Shown here one piece after another: positions 28,383-41,603 of a DNA stretch of 64,000 nucleotides. The stretch lies in assembly GCA_038231435.1 (NCBI GenBank), contig JBBRLJ010000010.1, positions 57,109-121,108 on the forward strand, given 5' to 3'. The stretch is from Planctomycetota bacterium. Lineage in GTDB: Bacteria > Planctomycetota > UBA11346. Position 1 is the stretch's first letter, and each line of letters starts with the position of its first letter. The position numbers were made by a program, and so were the translations under genes. A model generated the notes under the pieces. The model worked only from the letters and a program-made list of their open reading frames with translations, had not been told where the DNA came from and did no database searches.

Positions 28383-28458
28383 CCACTCCCTGAAGGCTCC
28401 CCGACGATTCCCTGAAGATCCCATGACTCTCTCTGAAGACCGATTGGCGGACTAGACG

Positions 28459-31400
28459 ATGCGCACCCTTGGCTTTTACGCGACCGCGCTGGTCATCTCC
28501 ATGTCCTTGTTCGTCTCGTTCGGCGGCATCGGGTCAGCCACCGATCTCACCTGGGACGGAGTGAATGGCGACAAGGCTCCCGACGGTTGGGATCTCCATC
28601 GCTCCGCCGAATCGAAGGGCACGATCCATGTCGAGGACGGCGCGCTCGCGCTCACCGCCGAGATTGGCCGGTACGCGCACCTCGATCGGCAGCTGAAGGG
28701 CATGGACGGCAGCGACGAGACTCCGCTACGCGTGGAATGCTCGGTCGCCATCGACGATGGCGCCGGCATCGGCGATCGTCCGGCAATGATCGCGCTCTAT
28801 TGGGGGGGCGCCGCGAGCATCGGCATCGGCATCGGCGACGGCGGCGAGAAGGGCCGTGAGGGCGATGCCGTCCGCCGGCGCGCCTGGCTGTGCACCGTCG
28901 TGGGCGGCAAGGCCGAGCAGAAGCCGACCGAGGCGTGGTTCTACCCCGGCCAAGCCGCTGGGCATCTGCGGCTGGTCGCCACCGCGCGCGACGTCTCGGC
29001 GTTCGCGAGCAAGGACGGCTGGAGCTGGCAGCGCGTGGCCTCGTTCGAGCGGACCAAGGATTTCAGCGGCCCGCCCGAGCGCGTGATCGTGGGCCGCGGC
29101 TGGTCGCCCGAAAAGGACGCGAAACCCTTCCTCGACAATGACGGGACCCCGGGAACCACCCCGGGAAAGACCGCCGACTTGTTCGTCTACAGCTTTTCGC
29201 AACTTCTGGTCAGCAACTCTCCGCCGAGCGTGCCCGCGGCACTGCTCAAGACCTACCAGAAGAAGGAGTCGCTCGAGGAAACCATGGACACGATCGCCGC
29301 GGCCGGCGCGGTGCGTCAGTGGATGGTCCTCGGTCCGCTCGCCGCCAGCCCCAAGGCCTACGGGCCCGAAACGGCATACGATCCCACCGCCACCCTGGAG
29401 GTCATCGGCCCCAAGAAGGGCTGGAACCCGTTCGTGCCGGGCGAGAGCCCGACCGATCGCATCATCATCCTCAGCGATGTCATCCCTGGCGCAGGCCCCG
29501 ACAGCGTGCGCTTCGCCGAGGCCACGATCGTGGCGGACGCTCCGCGCCTCGAGCGTTTCCTGTTCGACGGCATGCGCGAGATCCGGCTCTACCTCAACGG
29601 CCGCGAGATCGCCCAGGACCGGCGCGACAACGGCGAGGTGCAGCTCGAGCGCCTATCGGTCACCGCGCCGCTGCGCAAGGGCGAGAACCATCTGGTGGTC
29701 AAGCTGCTCAGCGGACAGACCAGTCGCGCGGTGTTCACCCTGCGCCATGAGAACGGGGATCCGCGCTACCGGATCGCCCTGCTCAAGCGCCTGGCCATCG
29801 ATTTCGCCGAGGAAGGCGAAGGCTTGATCTCATCGCAGCTGGAGATCAGTCGGCTGTGGGAGAACCAGGGCTTCGTGCGCGAGGCCGCGGCCGCGCTCGA
29901 CGAGGTCGCCAAGAACGCCGAAGCCTCGCCCGAGCAGATCGATGCGGCACTCATCGAGCGTGCACGGCTGCACCGGGCACTGCGCGACGAGGCGAAGGTA
30001 TCCTCCGACGTGGAGGAGCTCACCAAGCGTTGGGTCGAGGGCTCCGGCACCGATCCGGTCGCCGCGCGGCTGAAGGCCGCTCATCTCTGGGAGCGCATGG
30101 AGCAGCCCGCCAAGGCGGCGGAAGCCCTCGAGCAGGCGGCGACAGCGGCGGGTGTGGACGCCGAGCAGCAGGTGGAGATCGGGCTGGAGCGCGCGCGCGT
30201 GCACTTCCGCCTCGGGGACCAGGACGCGATCACCGCCGATCTGCGCTCGATCGCCAAGCGCCTGCCTGAGACGGATCCCCGGCGCATCGACTTCCTGGTC
30301 GCGGCCATCCAGCGCGACGTGCGGGCCACCAAGCCCGTGGACGATGCCCTGGGCGGGATTGATGTGACCAAGGCGTCGGCAACCGCCTTGAGGAACCTCG
30401 CCGCGCTCAACCTGAAGCGCAACGACGCGCCGCGCCGGCTCGCGGCGCTGAAGGCGCTGGCGGCCTCACCGGCGCAGATGGCTATCGACGCCGCCGATGT
30501 CGCGTGCGCCGAGGCCATCATCGCGGCAAAGGGCGACGACAAGCAGGCCGCCGAACTGTACCGCAAGGCTATCAGTGCGCTCCCGAGCGCGACGCTGCCG
30601 GGCGTCGAGGCGCGCGTGAAGGCAGGTACGGGCGCAGATCCCAAGGCGCTCGGCGCGCTCCGCTCGGCGTGGGTGCGGGCGACGCTCGCCGACACCGAGG
30701 CCGGCGCCGCGCTGCTCGCCGAGATCGACACGATCTCGGCCGCGGGATCCAAGGCTAGGCCGCTGCCGAGCGAGGTGCGATCGTTCGCGGTCGCGGGCCC
30801 GATCGACAACGCCAACTGGCGCTGCTACGAGGCCGCCTTCCTCGATCAGAACGTGCATCCCAGCAAGGTCGACATCACCAAGCCGGTCGAGGGCAAGCCT
30901 TGGCAGGTTCCCGGCCCGCAGTTTTGGGGCAACGGCTACCTCGACATCGCCGCGATGTACAATCCCGGCAATTGCTGCGCATTCGCCTATACCGAGATCG
31001 ACGTTGTCGACGATGTCGACACCGAACTGAGCATGGGCGCCGACGATGGGCTGGTGCTGTGGTTCAACGGCGAGAAGAAGCACGAGGATCGCGATCAGCG
31101 CGGCGTGACTCCCGACAGCATCGTCATCCCGGTGCATTTCAAGAAGGGCAAGAACTCCATCCTCGCGATGATCCAGCAGGGCGGAGGCGGCTGGGGCTTC
31201 CAGTTTCGCATCAAGGGCGGCACCAGCGCGGGCGACATCGCCGGCGCGCTGTCGCTGCTGGACGCCCACCCCGAGGCGCGCGCGGACGCGGTCCCGTCGC
31301 TCGCCGCGGCCTTCGAGAACCTCATCCGCTCGGATCGCTATGCCCAGGGCGTCGCGCTGGGGAGGATGATTATACGCGCATTCCCCGATTTTTCCGCGAC

Positions 31401-34400
31401 GCAATTCACCGTTGCCTGGCGCCTCGCCGAGCAGGCCAAGGTGCACAATGACGCCGCCACGCTCGCCGACATCCCGGCCTGCATCGACAGTTCGACAGAA
31501 GCGCTGGTCCCCGAGCGCGACGTCCAGGTGCGCGACCTGCGCTACAACGTTGGAAGCCAGCTCTCCGAATGGGGCAGATTCGATGCGGGTATGACGACGC
31601 TGCGTTCGTTGATGCGCACGCAATTCGACTGGGCGACGCAGGTGCTGTCGCTCTACGGCCTGGGCGAACTGTACCGGCACGCGGGCTATCCGCGCCTCGC
31701 GGCCAGCTTCTACACCAAGGCGGTCGCCCTTGGTGTCACCGACGATTGGTGGGTGCGCACGCTGCATGAAGCGCAGATGCGGGTGCGCCTGCCGAAGGGT
31801 GAGAAGGCCATGTTCGAGATCTCGTTCGAGGCGAACGCGCTGCTGCGCACCGCCGACCGCGCCGCCGCCAGTGGCGACGTCGAGCGCGCGGTGGTGAGCT
31901 ACCAGAAGGCGATCGAGGATTTCGGCCCACAGCTCTGCCAGAGCGCGAATGGCCGCTACCTGTCGGTCTCTGGCTACTGCGCGCAGCGCATCCGCGCGCT
32001 CGGAGACGTCGCGATCGCGTCCTACGGCGAGCATTTCGACGGCCGCGCCAAGGCGATGCTCGAGGCCGCCTCCGTAGAGGGACAGCCCGATGCGTTCGAG
32101 CGCGTGGCGCTCGCATATCCGTTGGCGAAGTCCTCGGCGTCCGCGCTCAGTCAGGCGGCAGATGGCTACCTCGATGCCGGCGCCTGGTCGCTCGCGCTCG
32201 CCACCTTCGAACGGCTCCTCGCCGAATCCTCTGATCCCGAACTGCCACGGCCGCTCCTGCTCGCCAAGGCGGCACGTGCCGCGGCTGGCGCGGGGGATCG
32301 CGCGGGTTTTGCCCGCATCAAGGCGGCCCTCGAGAAGATCGGAGGCGTCCTGACGATCGGCGGCAAGGCGGTCGACGCAAAGATCTACCTCGGCGAGGCG
32401 GCCCGGCTGTTGCCGGCTCCGCCCGCAGCCGCGGCAGATCCTGTGATCACCACCACTTCGATCCTGGCTACTTTTCCGGTGCCGGTCATCGACATGCGCG
32501 ATGCGCGGCGGTTCTCGTACGGCAAGGATGTCCAGATCGCCTGCCGCCCGGCCATCGACCATGGCGTCGCCTACATCCACACACTTGAGGACAGCTTCGC
32601 GCTCGATCTCGCCACCGGCGGTTTGCGCTGGCGCGCTGCGGTCAATTTCCCGGCGCTGCGCCATCCGCACCGCTCGGCGTCGTTCCTTGGGCTTCCCGAG
32701 GCGACCACGGCGCTCGGCGGCGGTAAGGCCCTGGTGCGCGTTGCGCGGGGCCGGTCGATGGTGATCGACGCTCGCGACGCTGGAACCGGCGCCATGGCGT
32801 GGTCGACCGAGGGCATCCCGCAGCTCGCGGGCATGTACGCCAGCTCCTCTCCGACGATCGCTGATGGCCGGGTCTACGCGTTGTTCGTCGACCAGAACCG
32901 CGCCTACGCGGCGGCGTTCGCGCTGGAGAGTGGAAACCTGCTGTGGCTGAGTCCGGTAACATCTCGCCGCGCGACCCTGCCGGTGAGCGCCGATCTCGAG
33001 GTGTTCGTCGGCGGCAACGCCGCGCCGCCCACCTGCGTCGGCCGGGATCTGTATGTCGCCACCGATCTGGGCGCCGTCTCATGCATCGACGCCGCCAACG
33101 GCGCGGTGCGCTGGGTCGCGACCTATCCTCGCGCGGTCCTGGATTGGACCGACTGGTCGGCGTTGCTGCCGCTCATGAACCGCGCGCCCACGCGCGTGCT
33201 GGCCGACGAGAGCCGCATCTACCTGGCGCCCCACGACAGCCTCAGCGTCATCAGCTTCCAGCGCGGAAGCGGGGACCCTGCGTGGAAGATCGAACTTTCT
33301 GAATGCCGGCAGATCCTCGGCTTCGCGGGCGCGGGGCGACTGCTGCTGCAAGGGCAGGGCCTCGAAGCCGTCGACGCCGCGACCGGGGCGCGCGTGTGGC
33401 GCTGGCAGCCGCGGGCAGGCGACGGTCCAACGCTGGGTACCGCGGCCATCGGCGCGTCGAGCATCTACGTAGCGACGCCCAAGGGGCTGTCGCGGGTGGC
33501 GATCGCGAGCGGCATGACCGAGGATTTCCGCACCTGGAAGGACCTGGGATCGGGCGGGTTGATTCCGGGCAATCTGCAGATCGTCGGCGACGGCCTGATC
33601 GGTACCGGCAACGGGGTGGTGGTATCGCTGTCCTCGGGAAAGGGCGCGGTCGTCCAGCCGGTCCGCGTGGCCGGAGGCTTGGCGCGCGACGTCACCATTT
33701 CCGCGGCGACGCTTCCCGCCGCGCCGCCAGGATCGCCGCTCGGCCTGTCGTGGAACCTCGGCGGCGAAGCAGTCGAGAAGATCGAACGCCCTCCGGGCTG
33801 CGCTCCGGGCGAATGCTTCGTGCGTTTCGAGCAGTCCATCGCGCGCGTCGACGTGGCCAACCGCAAGGTCCTCTGGCGCGCCCCGATCACCTCCGACGTG
33901 CGCTGGTGCACCTACAACAAGGGCATGGTCCTGATCGTGCACCGCTTCTCGCTCACCGCTCTCGATCGCGAAACCGGGGAGCTGCTGTGGATGGCTGACA
34001 TCGGCGATTATTTCCTCGACGCGCTGAAGGAAGACGGTGATCCGCCGGTGGTGGTCCTGGGCGAGGACGCGGTGCTGGTGTACCGCGTCTACTGGCACCG
34101 CAGCGTGTCGATCCTCAGCCTCGCGACCGGCGCCAACATCGGGCGCTTCGACCTGGACGGGGGCGTGCTGGCAGCGACCACCAAGGGGGGGCACGTGTTC
34201 ACCGCGGTTCGCCGCGACAATGCCGTCTACATCGATGAACGCGATCTCGCGCGGCCAGGCGGACAGCTCGCGGCGCACGAGATGCAGAAACCTGGCGACC
34301 GCGACAACGCGACCCTGGTAGGGACCGACGCCATCATCGTGCAGAACGCCGGCCAGGCCACCCGCTTCGATCTCGCCACCAAGAAGGCGGCGCCGTTCCC

Positions 34401-36159
34401 GTTCCCGTTCCTGTGGGGTTATTTCTTCGAGGAGGAGGGCAAGACTCTCGCCTATTGTTATACCAAGGAGGATCGCTGGGTCTCGGCGGTGATCGATCCG
34501 GCCACCGGGCAAGCGCAGTTCCAGGAGATCACCGCGGGGGGCAACGGCACCTGGGACCAGAAGCACCTCTACGCGTTCCATCTGAACCACGGGCACCTCG
34601 TGCGCTTCGAGTGGGAACGCAAGGGCAAGAACGGCATCATCGGCAAGAACCTCGCCGACGCGAAGGAGGCCTGGTTCGTCGAAGGCCGCGAAGGTTGGAA
34701 CATGAAGTACCACGAGCAGGTGATGCTCGACAAGTACGTGGTGATCTTCCGCACCCAGGCCGAGGGCAGTTTCGACTACCAGGTCATCGATACCGAGACC
34801 GGTCAGGTCTCGGCGACCGGCCAGGCTCCCGGTTGGCCGGAAGACGAGGGCATGCCGGCCATGTCATTGGCCGGGGTCGTGCTCTATGGGACGCAGCAAG
34901 GGCTCTTCGCCCTGGTGCCGACCACTCCCGAAGCCGCGCGCGAATCGAGCGGCGGCGAAGGATCGGTCTCGGCCCAGGCCATGTCCAAGCTCTCGGTGCT
35001 GCCGGCACCCGGCGACATGGCGATCGACGGGAATCTCGACGATTGGAAGGACGTGGTCGGCGTGGACATCGCCTCGGCCGCCGACGTGCGCGTCATCGGC
35101 GATTCGCCGGCCAAGGGCGCGAAGCGTTGGAGCGGCCCGATGGATTGCTCCGCCAAGGCCAGGGTGTGCTACGACGCGGCGAACGTCTACGTCTCGGTCC
35201 ACGTAGCGGACGATCGCCACGTCGATCCGGTCCCCGGCGCGAGCCTGCTGACCGGTGATTGCGTGCTGCTCGGCATAGATCCGCAAGAGGAGCGTTTCCG
35301 CGGCAGCGCATCGCCATTAACGCTCGCCCTGGCGTTGGTCGATGGACGGCCGCAGATGACGGTGCTCAGCGGCGCATTCGCGTCAGCGCCGGCCGACGGC
35401 CAGGCGAACGACCAGTCGGCCGATCGCGCGACGATGCGCATCGCGGCGGATGCGGTGGGCATGGTCTATGAGATCGCCTTGCCCTGGACCTCGCTGCGCG
35501 CCAATCCGGCGAAGCGCCCAGGCGATCTGAAGGGCATGCGTATCGGCGTGGCGGTGATCGACTGGGACGGCGACGCACCCGCGAGCGCGATGGAGATGGG
35601 TCACGGTCTGGTTCATGGCATCGATCAATCGCTGTGGAGGCCGTGCATCTTCACCACCGACAAATCCGACCTCGACGGCATGGCCTTCAGCCTGTGCGAC
35701 GGACGCGCGACCTGGGGCAAGGCCGGATCGTTCCGCGGCAAGAAGGAGACCGTGTGGATCGAGGACGCCTTGCCCAAGGGCGCCAATCCCGCCAGCGACG
35801 GCGGTGACGACTGGAAATGGGTGAAGGTGGATCCCCCGCCGTTCTCTGGCAGCCAATCCCATCAGTCGAACATCGGCGTCGGCGAGCATCAGCATTTCTT
35901 CACCTCGACCGCGCCGCTGCGGCTCAAGGGCGGCGAGACGCTGTTCGCCTACGTCTACCTCGACCCGAAGAACCCACCCACCGAGATCCTGCTGCAGTGG
36001 AACAAGGGAGGCAGCTGGGAGCACCGCGCGTATTGGGGCGAGAACAAGCTGGGTTGGGGTGGAGACGGCAGCCCTGCCCGCCATCCAATGGGCCCTCTGC
36101 CGCCCACCGGGACATGGGTGCGCCTGGAGATCCCCGTCGAGGCGGTCGGGCTCGAGTAG
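28459..36159 (+). CDS. 2566-aa secreted multidomain protein (ConA-like, 2x PA14-like, TPR, PQQ-type beta-propellers, CBM9-like, C-terminal unnamed domain)
   Basis: Signal peptide; WMVLGP and FAVAGP..GADDG modules; TPR helices; repeated ALDLATG..RW / DAANG..RW propeller blades; IDGNLDDW..YVSVHVADD..YEIALPW CBM9-like; ETVWIEDALP..HQHFF..YVYLDP..WEHRAYWG. Confidence 0.85.
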   Translation: MRTLGFYATALVISMSLFVSFGGIGSATDLTWDGVNGDKAPDGWDLHRSAESKGTIHVEDGALALTAEIGRYAHLDRQLKGMDGSDETPLRVECSVAIDDGAGIGDRPAMIALYWGGAASIGIGIGDGGEKGREGDAVRRRAWLCTVVGGKAEQKPTEAWFYPGQAAGHLRLVATARDVSAFASKDGWSWQRVASFERTKDFSGPPERVIVGRGWSPEKDAKPFLDNDGTPGTTPGKTADLFVYSFSQLLVSNSPPSVPAALLKTYQKKESLEETMDTIAAAGAVRQWMVLGPLAASPKAYGPETAYDPTATLEVIGPKKGWNPFVPGESPTDRIIILSDVIPGAGPDSVRFAEATIVADAPRLERFLFDGMREIRLYLNGREIAQDRRDNGEVQLERLSVTAPLRKGENHLVVKLLSGQTSRAVFTLRHENGDPRYRIALLKRLAIDFAEEGEGLISSQLEISRLWENQGFVREAAAALDEVAKNAEASPEQIDAALIERARLHRALRDEAKVSSDVEELTKRWVEGSGTDPVAARLKAAHLWERMEQPAKAAEALEQAATAAGVDAEQQVEIGLERARVHFRLGDQDAITADLRSIAKRLPETDPRRIDFLVAAIQRDVRATKPVDDALGGIDVTKASATALRNLAALNLKRNDAPRRLAALKALAASPAQMAIDAADVACAEAIIAAKGDDKQAAELYRKAISALPSATLPGVEARVKAGTGADPKALGALRSAWVRATLADTEAGAALLAEIDTISAAGSKARPLPSEVRSFAVAGPIDNANWRCYEAAFLDQNVHPSKVDITKPVEGKPWQVPGPQFWGNGYLDIAAMYNPGNCCAFAYTEIDVVDDVDTELSMGADDGLVLWFNGEKKHEDRDQRGVTPDSIVIPVHFKKGKNSILAMIQQGGGGWGFQFRIKGGTSAGDIAGALSLLDAHPEARADAVPSLAAAFENLIRSDRYAQGVALGRMIIRAFPDFSATQFTVAWRLAEQAKVHNDAATLADIPACIDSSTEALVPERDVQVRDLRYNVGSQLSEWGRFDAGMTTLRSLMRTQFDWATQVLSLYGLGELYRHAGYPRLAASFYTKAVALGVTDDWWVRTLHEAQMRVRLPKGEKAMFEISFEANALLRTADRAAASGDVERAVVSYQKAIEDFGPQLCQSANGRYLSVSGYCAQRIRALGDVAIASYGEHFDGRAKAMLEAASVEGQPDAFERVALAYPLAKSSASALSQAADGYLDAGAWSLALATFERLLAESSDPELPRPLLLAKAARAAAGAGDRAGFARIKAALEKIGGVLTIGGKAVDAKIYLGEAARLLPAPPAAAADPVITTTSILATFPVPVIDMRDARRFSYGKDVQIACRPAIDHGVAYIHTLEDSFALDLATGGLRWRAAVNFPALRHPHRSASFLGLPEATTALGGGKALVRVARGRSMVIDARDAGTGAMAWSTEGIPQLAGMYASSSPTIADGRVYALFVDQNRAYAAAFALESGNLLWLSPVTSRRATLPVSADLEVFVGGNAAPPTCVGRDLYVATDLGAVSCIDAANGAVRWVATYPRAVLDWTDWSALLPLMNRAPTRVLADESRIYLAPHDSLSVISFQRGSGDPAWKIELSECRQILGFAGAGRLLLQGQGLEAVDAATGARVWRWQPRAGDGPTLGTAAIGASSIYVATPKGLSRVAIASGMTEDFRTWKDLGSGGLIPGNLQIVGDGLIGTGNGVVVSLSSGKGAVVQPVRVAGGLARDVTISAATLPAAPPGSPLGLSWNLGGEAVEKIERPPGCAPGECFVRFEQSIARVDVANRKVLWRAPITSDVRWCTYNKGMVLIVHRFSLTALDRETGELLWMADIGDYFLDALKEDGDPPVVVLGEDAVLVYRVYWHRSVSILSLATGANIGRFDLDGGVLAATTKGGHVFTAVRRDNAVYIDERDLARPGGQLAAHEMQKPGDRDNATLVGTDAIIVQNAGQATRFDLATKKAAPFPFPFLWGYFFEEEGKTLAYCYTKEDRWVSAVIDPATGQAQFQEITAGGNGTWDQKHLYAFHLNHGHLVRFEWERKGKNGIIGKNLADAKEAWFVEGREGWNMKYHEQVMLDKYVVIFRTQAEGSFDYQVIDTETGQVSATGQAPGWPEDEGMPAMSLAGVVLYGTQQGLFALVPTTPEAARESSGGEGSVSAQAMSKLSVLPAPGDMAIDGNLDDWKDVVGVDIASAADVRVIGDSPAKGAKRWSGPMDCSAKARVCYDAANVYVSVHVADDRHVDPVPGASLLTGDCVLLGIDPQEERFRGSASPLTLALALVDGRPQMTVLSGAFASAPADGQANDQSADRATMRIAADAVGMVYEIALPWTSLRANPAKRPGDLKGMRIGVAVIDWDGDAPASAMEMGHGLVHGIDQSLWRPCIFTTDKSDLDGMAFSLCDGRATWGKAGSFRGKKETVWIEDALPKGANPASDGGDDWKWVKVDPPPFSGSQSHQSNIGVGEHQHFFTSTAPLRLKGGETLFAYVYLDPKNPPTEILLQWNKGGSWEHRAYWGENKLGWGGDGSPARHPMGPLPPTGTWVRLEIPVEAVGLE

Positions 36160-36244
36160 CCTGCCACGGGTCTGGTAAGCCGGAGGGGACCAGGGCTTGG
36201 CCTTGCGCGGATGGCCATAGCATCCCACCCACCCGGAGATCCTC

Positions 36245-37063
36245 ATGAAGCCGTTGCTCGCCGCGATCCTCGTCCTGTCCCTCGTCGGTTGTGGTTCGAC
36301 CACTCCGTCTCCCGCTCCCTCGGCTGCGTCGTCCACGACGCTCGCCGCGCCCGCCACGACGGCGCCGGCAACGCCCGCTACCGCACCCACTGCTCCGGTC
36401 GTCGCCTCGTCCGAGGCCGCCCCAGCGGCAGCCCCGGCTCCCGGCGTGACGGCGCCCGTCGACACGGTGAAGGAGGCAGCTCCCGCTACCGCTCCGGCCG
36501 CTCCAGCCGCCGAGGTCACGGCCGTCAAGCCCAAGGACGAAGCCCCGGCTCAGCCCGCCGCCCTGAAGGACGTGGTCCACGCCACGGTGCACACCACCGC
36601 CGGCGACATCCATGTCGATCTCTTCCACAAGACTGCGCCGATCAGCGTCGAGAACTTCGTCAAGCTGACGCGCGAGAAGTTCTTCGATGGTCTCGCGTTC
36701 CACCGCGTGGTCGCCGGCTTCGTGGCTCAGGGCGGCGATCCGAACACCAAGGAAGGCGCGACCGGCCCAGTCGGAAACGGCGGCCCCGGCTACACCATCG
36801 CCGCCGAGGTCGGTCCGTCGAATCCCGAGAAGCACACCGCCGGGACCCTGGGCATGGCCGATTCCGGTCCCGGCACCGCCGGCAGCCAGTTCTACATCAC
36901 GCTCGCGGCGACTCCGCACCTCGATGGCCGCTACACCGTCTTCGGGCGCGTCAGCGCTCCGAAGGACCTCGAGGTGGCCAAGAAGATCAAGCGCGGCGAC
37001 CGCTTCAGCGTGACCATCGACGACGACGCTCCAGCCGCCGCGACGCCAGCGCCTAAGCCCTGA
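36245..37063 (+). CDS. Cyclophilin-type peptidyl-prolyl isomerase, lipoprotein
   Basis: Lipobox LVG-C, Ala/Pro linker, FHRVV.GFVAQGGDP, GSQFYIT, HLDGRYTVFG; GGAG RBS. Confidence 0.93.
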   Translation: MKPLLAAILVLSLVGCGSTTPSPAPSAASSTTLAAPATTAPATPATAPTAPVVASSEAAPAAAPAPGVTAPVDTVKEAAPATAPAAPAAEVTAVKPKDEAPAQPAALKDVVHATVHTTAGDIHVDLFHKTAPISVENFVKLTREKFFDGLAFHRVVAGFVAQGGDPNTKEGATGPVGNGGPGYTIAAEVGPSNPEKHTAGTLGMADSGPGTAGSQFYITLAATPHLDGRYTVFGRVSAPKDLEVAKKIKRGDRFSVTIDDDAPAAATPAPKP

Positions 37064-37196
37064 TCACCACCATCCCTCGGCAGCCGGCGGCGGTACCCTC
37101 CACACACACGTGGAGGGAGGATCGCCTTCCTTCCATGGATGTATTCCATCGACGTCTTCGATCGCCGCGTCTAACCAGCCTGCCGAAGGGAATCAC

Positions 37197-38138
37197 ATGC
37201 TCATCCGCCTGCTCGCGCTGACCGCCCTCGTCCTTCCCATGGGATGGAGCGCCGATGCGGTCGCTCCGGCGAAGCTCAGTGAGGACGCGATCACCGCCAA
37301 GCTCCAGGAGACCCAGAAGTCGCTCCAGGCGCTGCACCTCCAGCAGGGGCAGTCGGTCGCGCCCGAGAAGGTCCAGCAGCAGATGGGCGAGCTCGATGCC
37401 ATGATCGAGCAGGCCGCGGATCCGCTCGGCGAGGCGGCCATCGGCGCGCGCCTGATGCGTTCGCAGGTCTTCCAGGTCACCGGCCAGGGCGACAAGTGCG
37501 AGGCCGAGCTCAGATCCGTGATCGCCGGAGGTGGCGCACCCAAGGGCCTCGCCGGCGCCTACTACCTGCTCGCCATGCAGTACAGCCAGGCCGACGGCAA
37601 GGAGGCCGAGATCGTCAAGCTCGCCGAGGATGCAGAGAAGGCCAAGATCGATCCCGAGGTGCTCGGCGCGCTGCAGGGCATGGCGAAGCAGGCGGCGATC
37701 GCGCCCGGCAAGCCGTTCCCCGACTTCTCGTTCACCGATCTCGCCGGCGCGCAGCACGCCCTTTCAGAATTCCGCGGCAAGGTGCTGCTGGTGGATTTCT
37801 GGGCGACCTGGTGCGGGCCATGCGTAGGTGAACTGCCCAACGTCAAGGCCGCCTACGAGGCGTACCACGCCAAGGGCTTCGAGATCGTCGGCATCAGCCT
37901 CGACAAGGATCGCGCCAAGCTGGACGCCTTCCTCAAGGACAAGGGCATCCCGTGGACGCAGTCGTTCGACGGCAAGGGCTGGGAGAACGCGATCGCCATG
38001 CAGTTCGGCATCCACTCGATCCCGGCGACCTTCCTGATCGATTCGGAGGGCAAGCTGATCGCCAAGGACGTGCGCGGCGAGGAGCTGAAGGCCGCGGTCA
38101 AGAAGGCCGTCGAGGCGACGCCCGCATTGTCGAAGTGA
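37197..38138 (+). CDS. TlpA/ResA-like thiol-disulfide oxidoreductase with N-terminal helical domain
   Basis: Signal peptide; GKVLLVDFWATWCGPC, GISLD, IPATFLID. Confidence 0.9.
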   Translation: MLIRLLALTALVLPMGWSADAVAPAKLSEDAITAKLQETQKSLQALHLQQGQSVAPEKVQQQMGELDAMIEQAADPLGEAAIGARLMRSQVFQVTGQGDKCEAELRSVIAGGGAPKGLAGAYYLLAMQYSQADGKEAEIVKLAEDAEKAKIDPEVLGALQGMAKQAAIAPGKPFPDFSFTDLAGAQHALSEFRGKVLLVDFWATWCGPCVGELPNVKAAYEAYHAKGFEIVGISLDKDRAKLDAFLKDKGIPWTQSFDGKGWENAIAMQFGIHSIPATFLIDSEGKLIAKDVRGEELKAAVKKAVEATPALSK

Positions 38139-38172
38139 CCGGCTGCGGCGGCTCTGCCCGCCATAAGCGCGT

Positions 38173-41469
<3,297 letters not shown>

Positions 41470-41567
41470 GGCGTCATCGCAAGGTGGGGGGACGAACCGT
41501 ACGGCGGGCCTGCATGCCAGCAAGGCGCGGCGGTGTTCTCGGGCGCAGGCTCCTGCAAAACCGGCAC

Positions 41568-41603
41568 TTGCCACTTGGGCTTTTGCCCCGTAGTGTTCGC
41601 GCC
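41568..41603 (+). promoter_or_regulatory. Sigma70-type promoter for the LysM gene (probably leaderless)
   Basis: TTGCCA-17 nt-TAGTGT-7 nt-ATG, no SD. Confidence 0.6.

Noticed and set aside
28387..28439. Three CYCTGAAG repeats before the giant gene
   Set aside because: Short and irregularly spaced; cannot be distinguished from low-complexity intergenic sequence.
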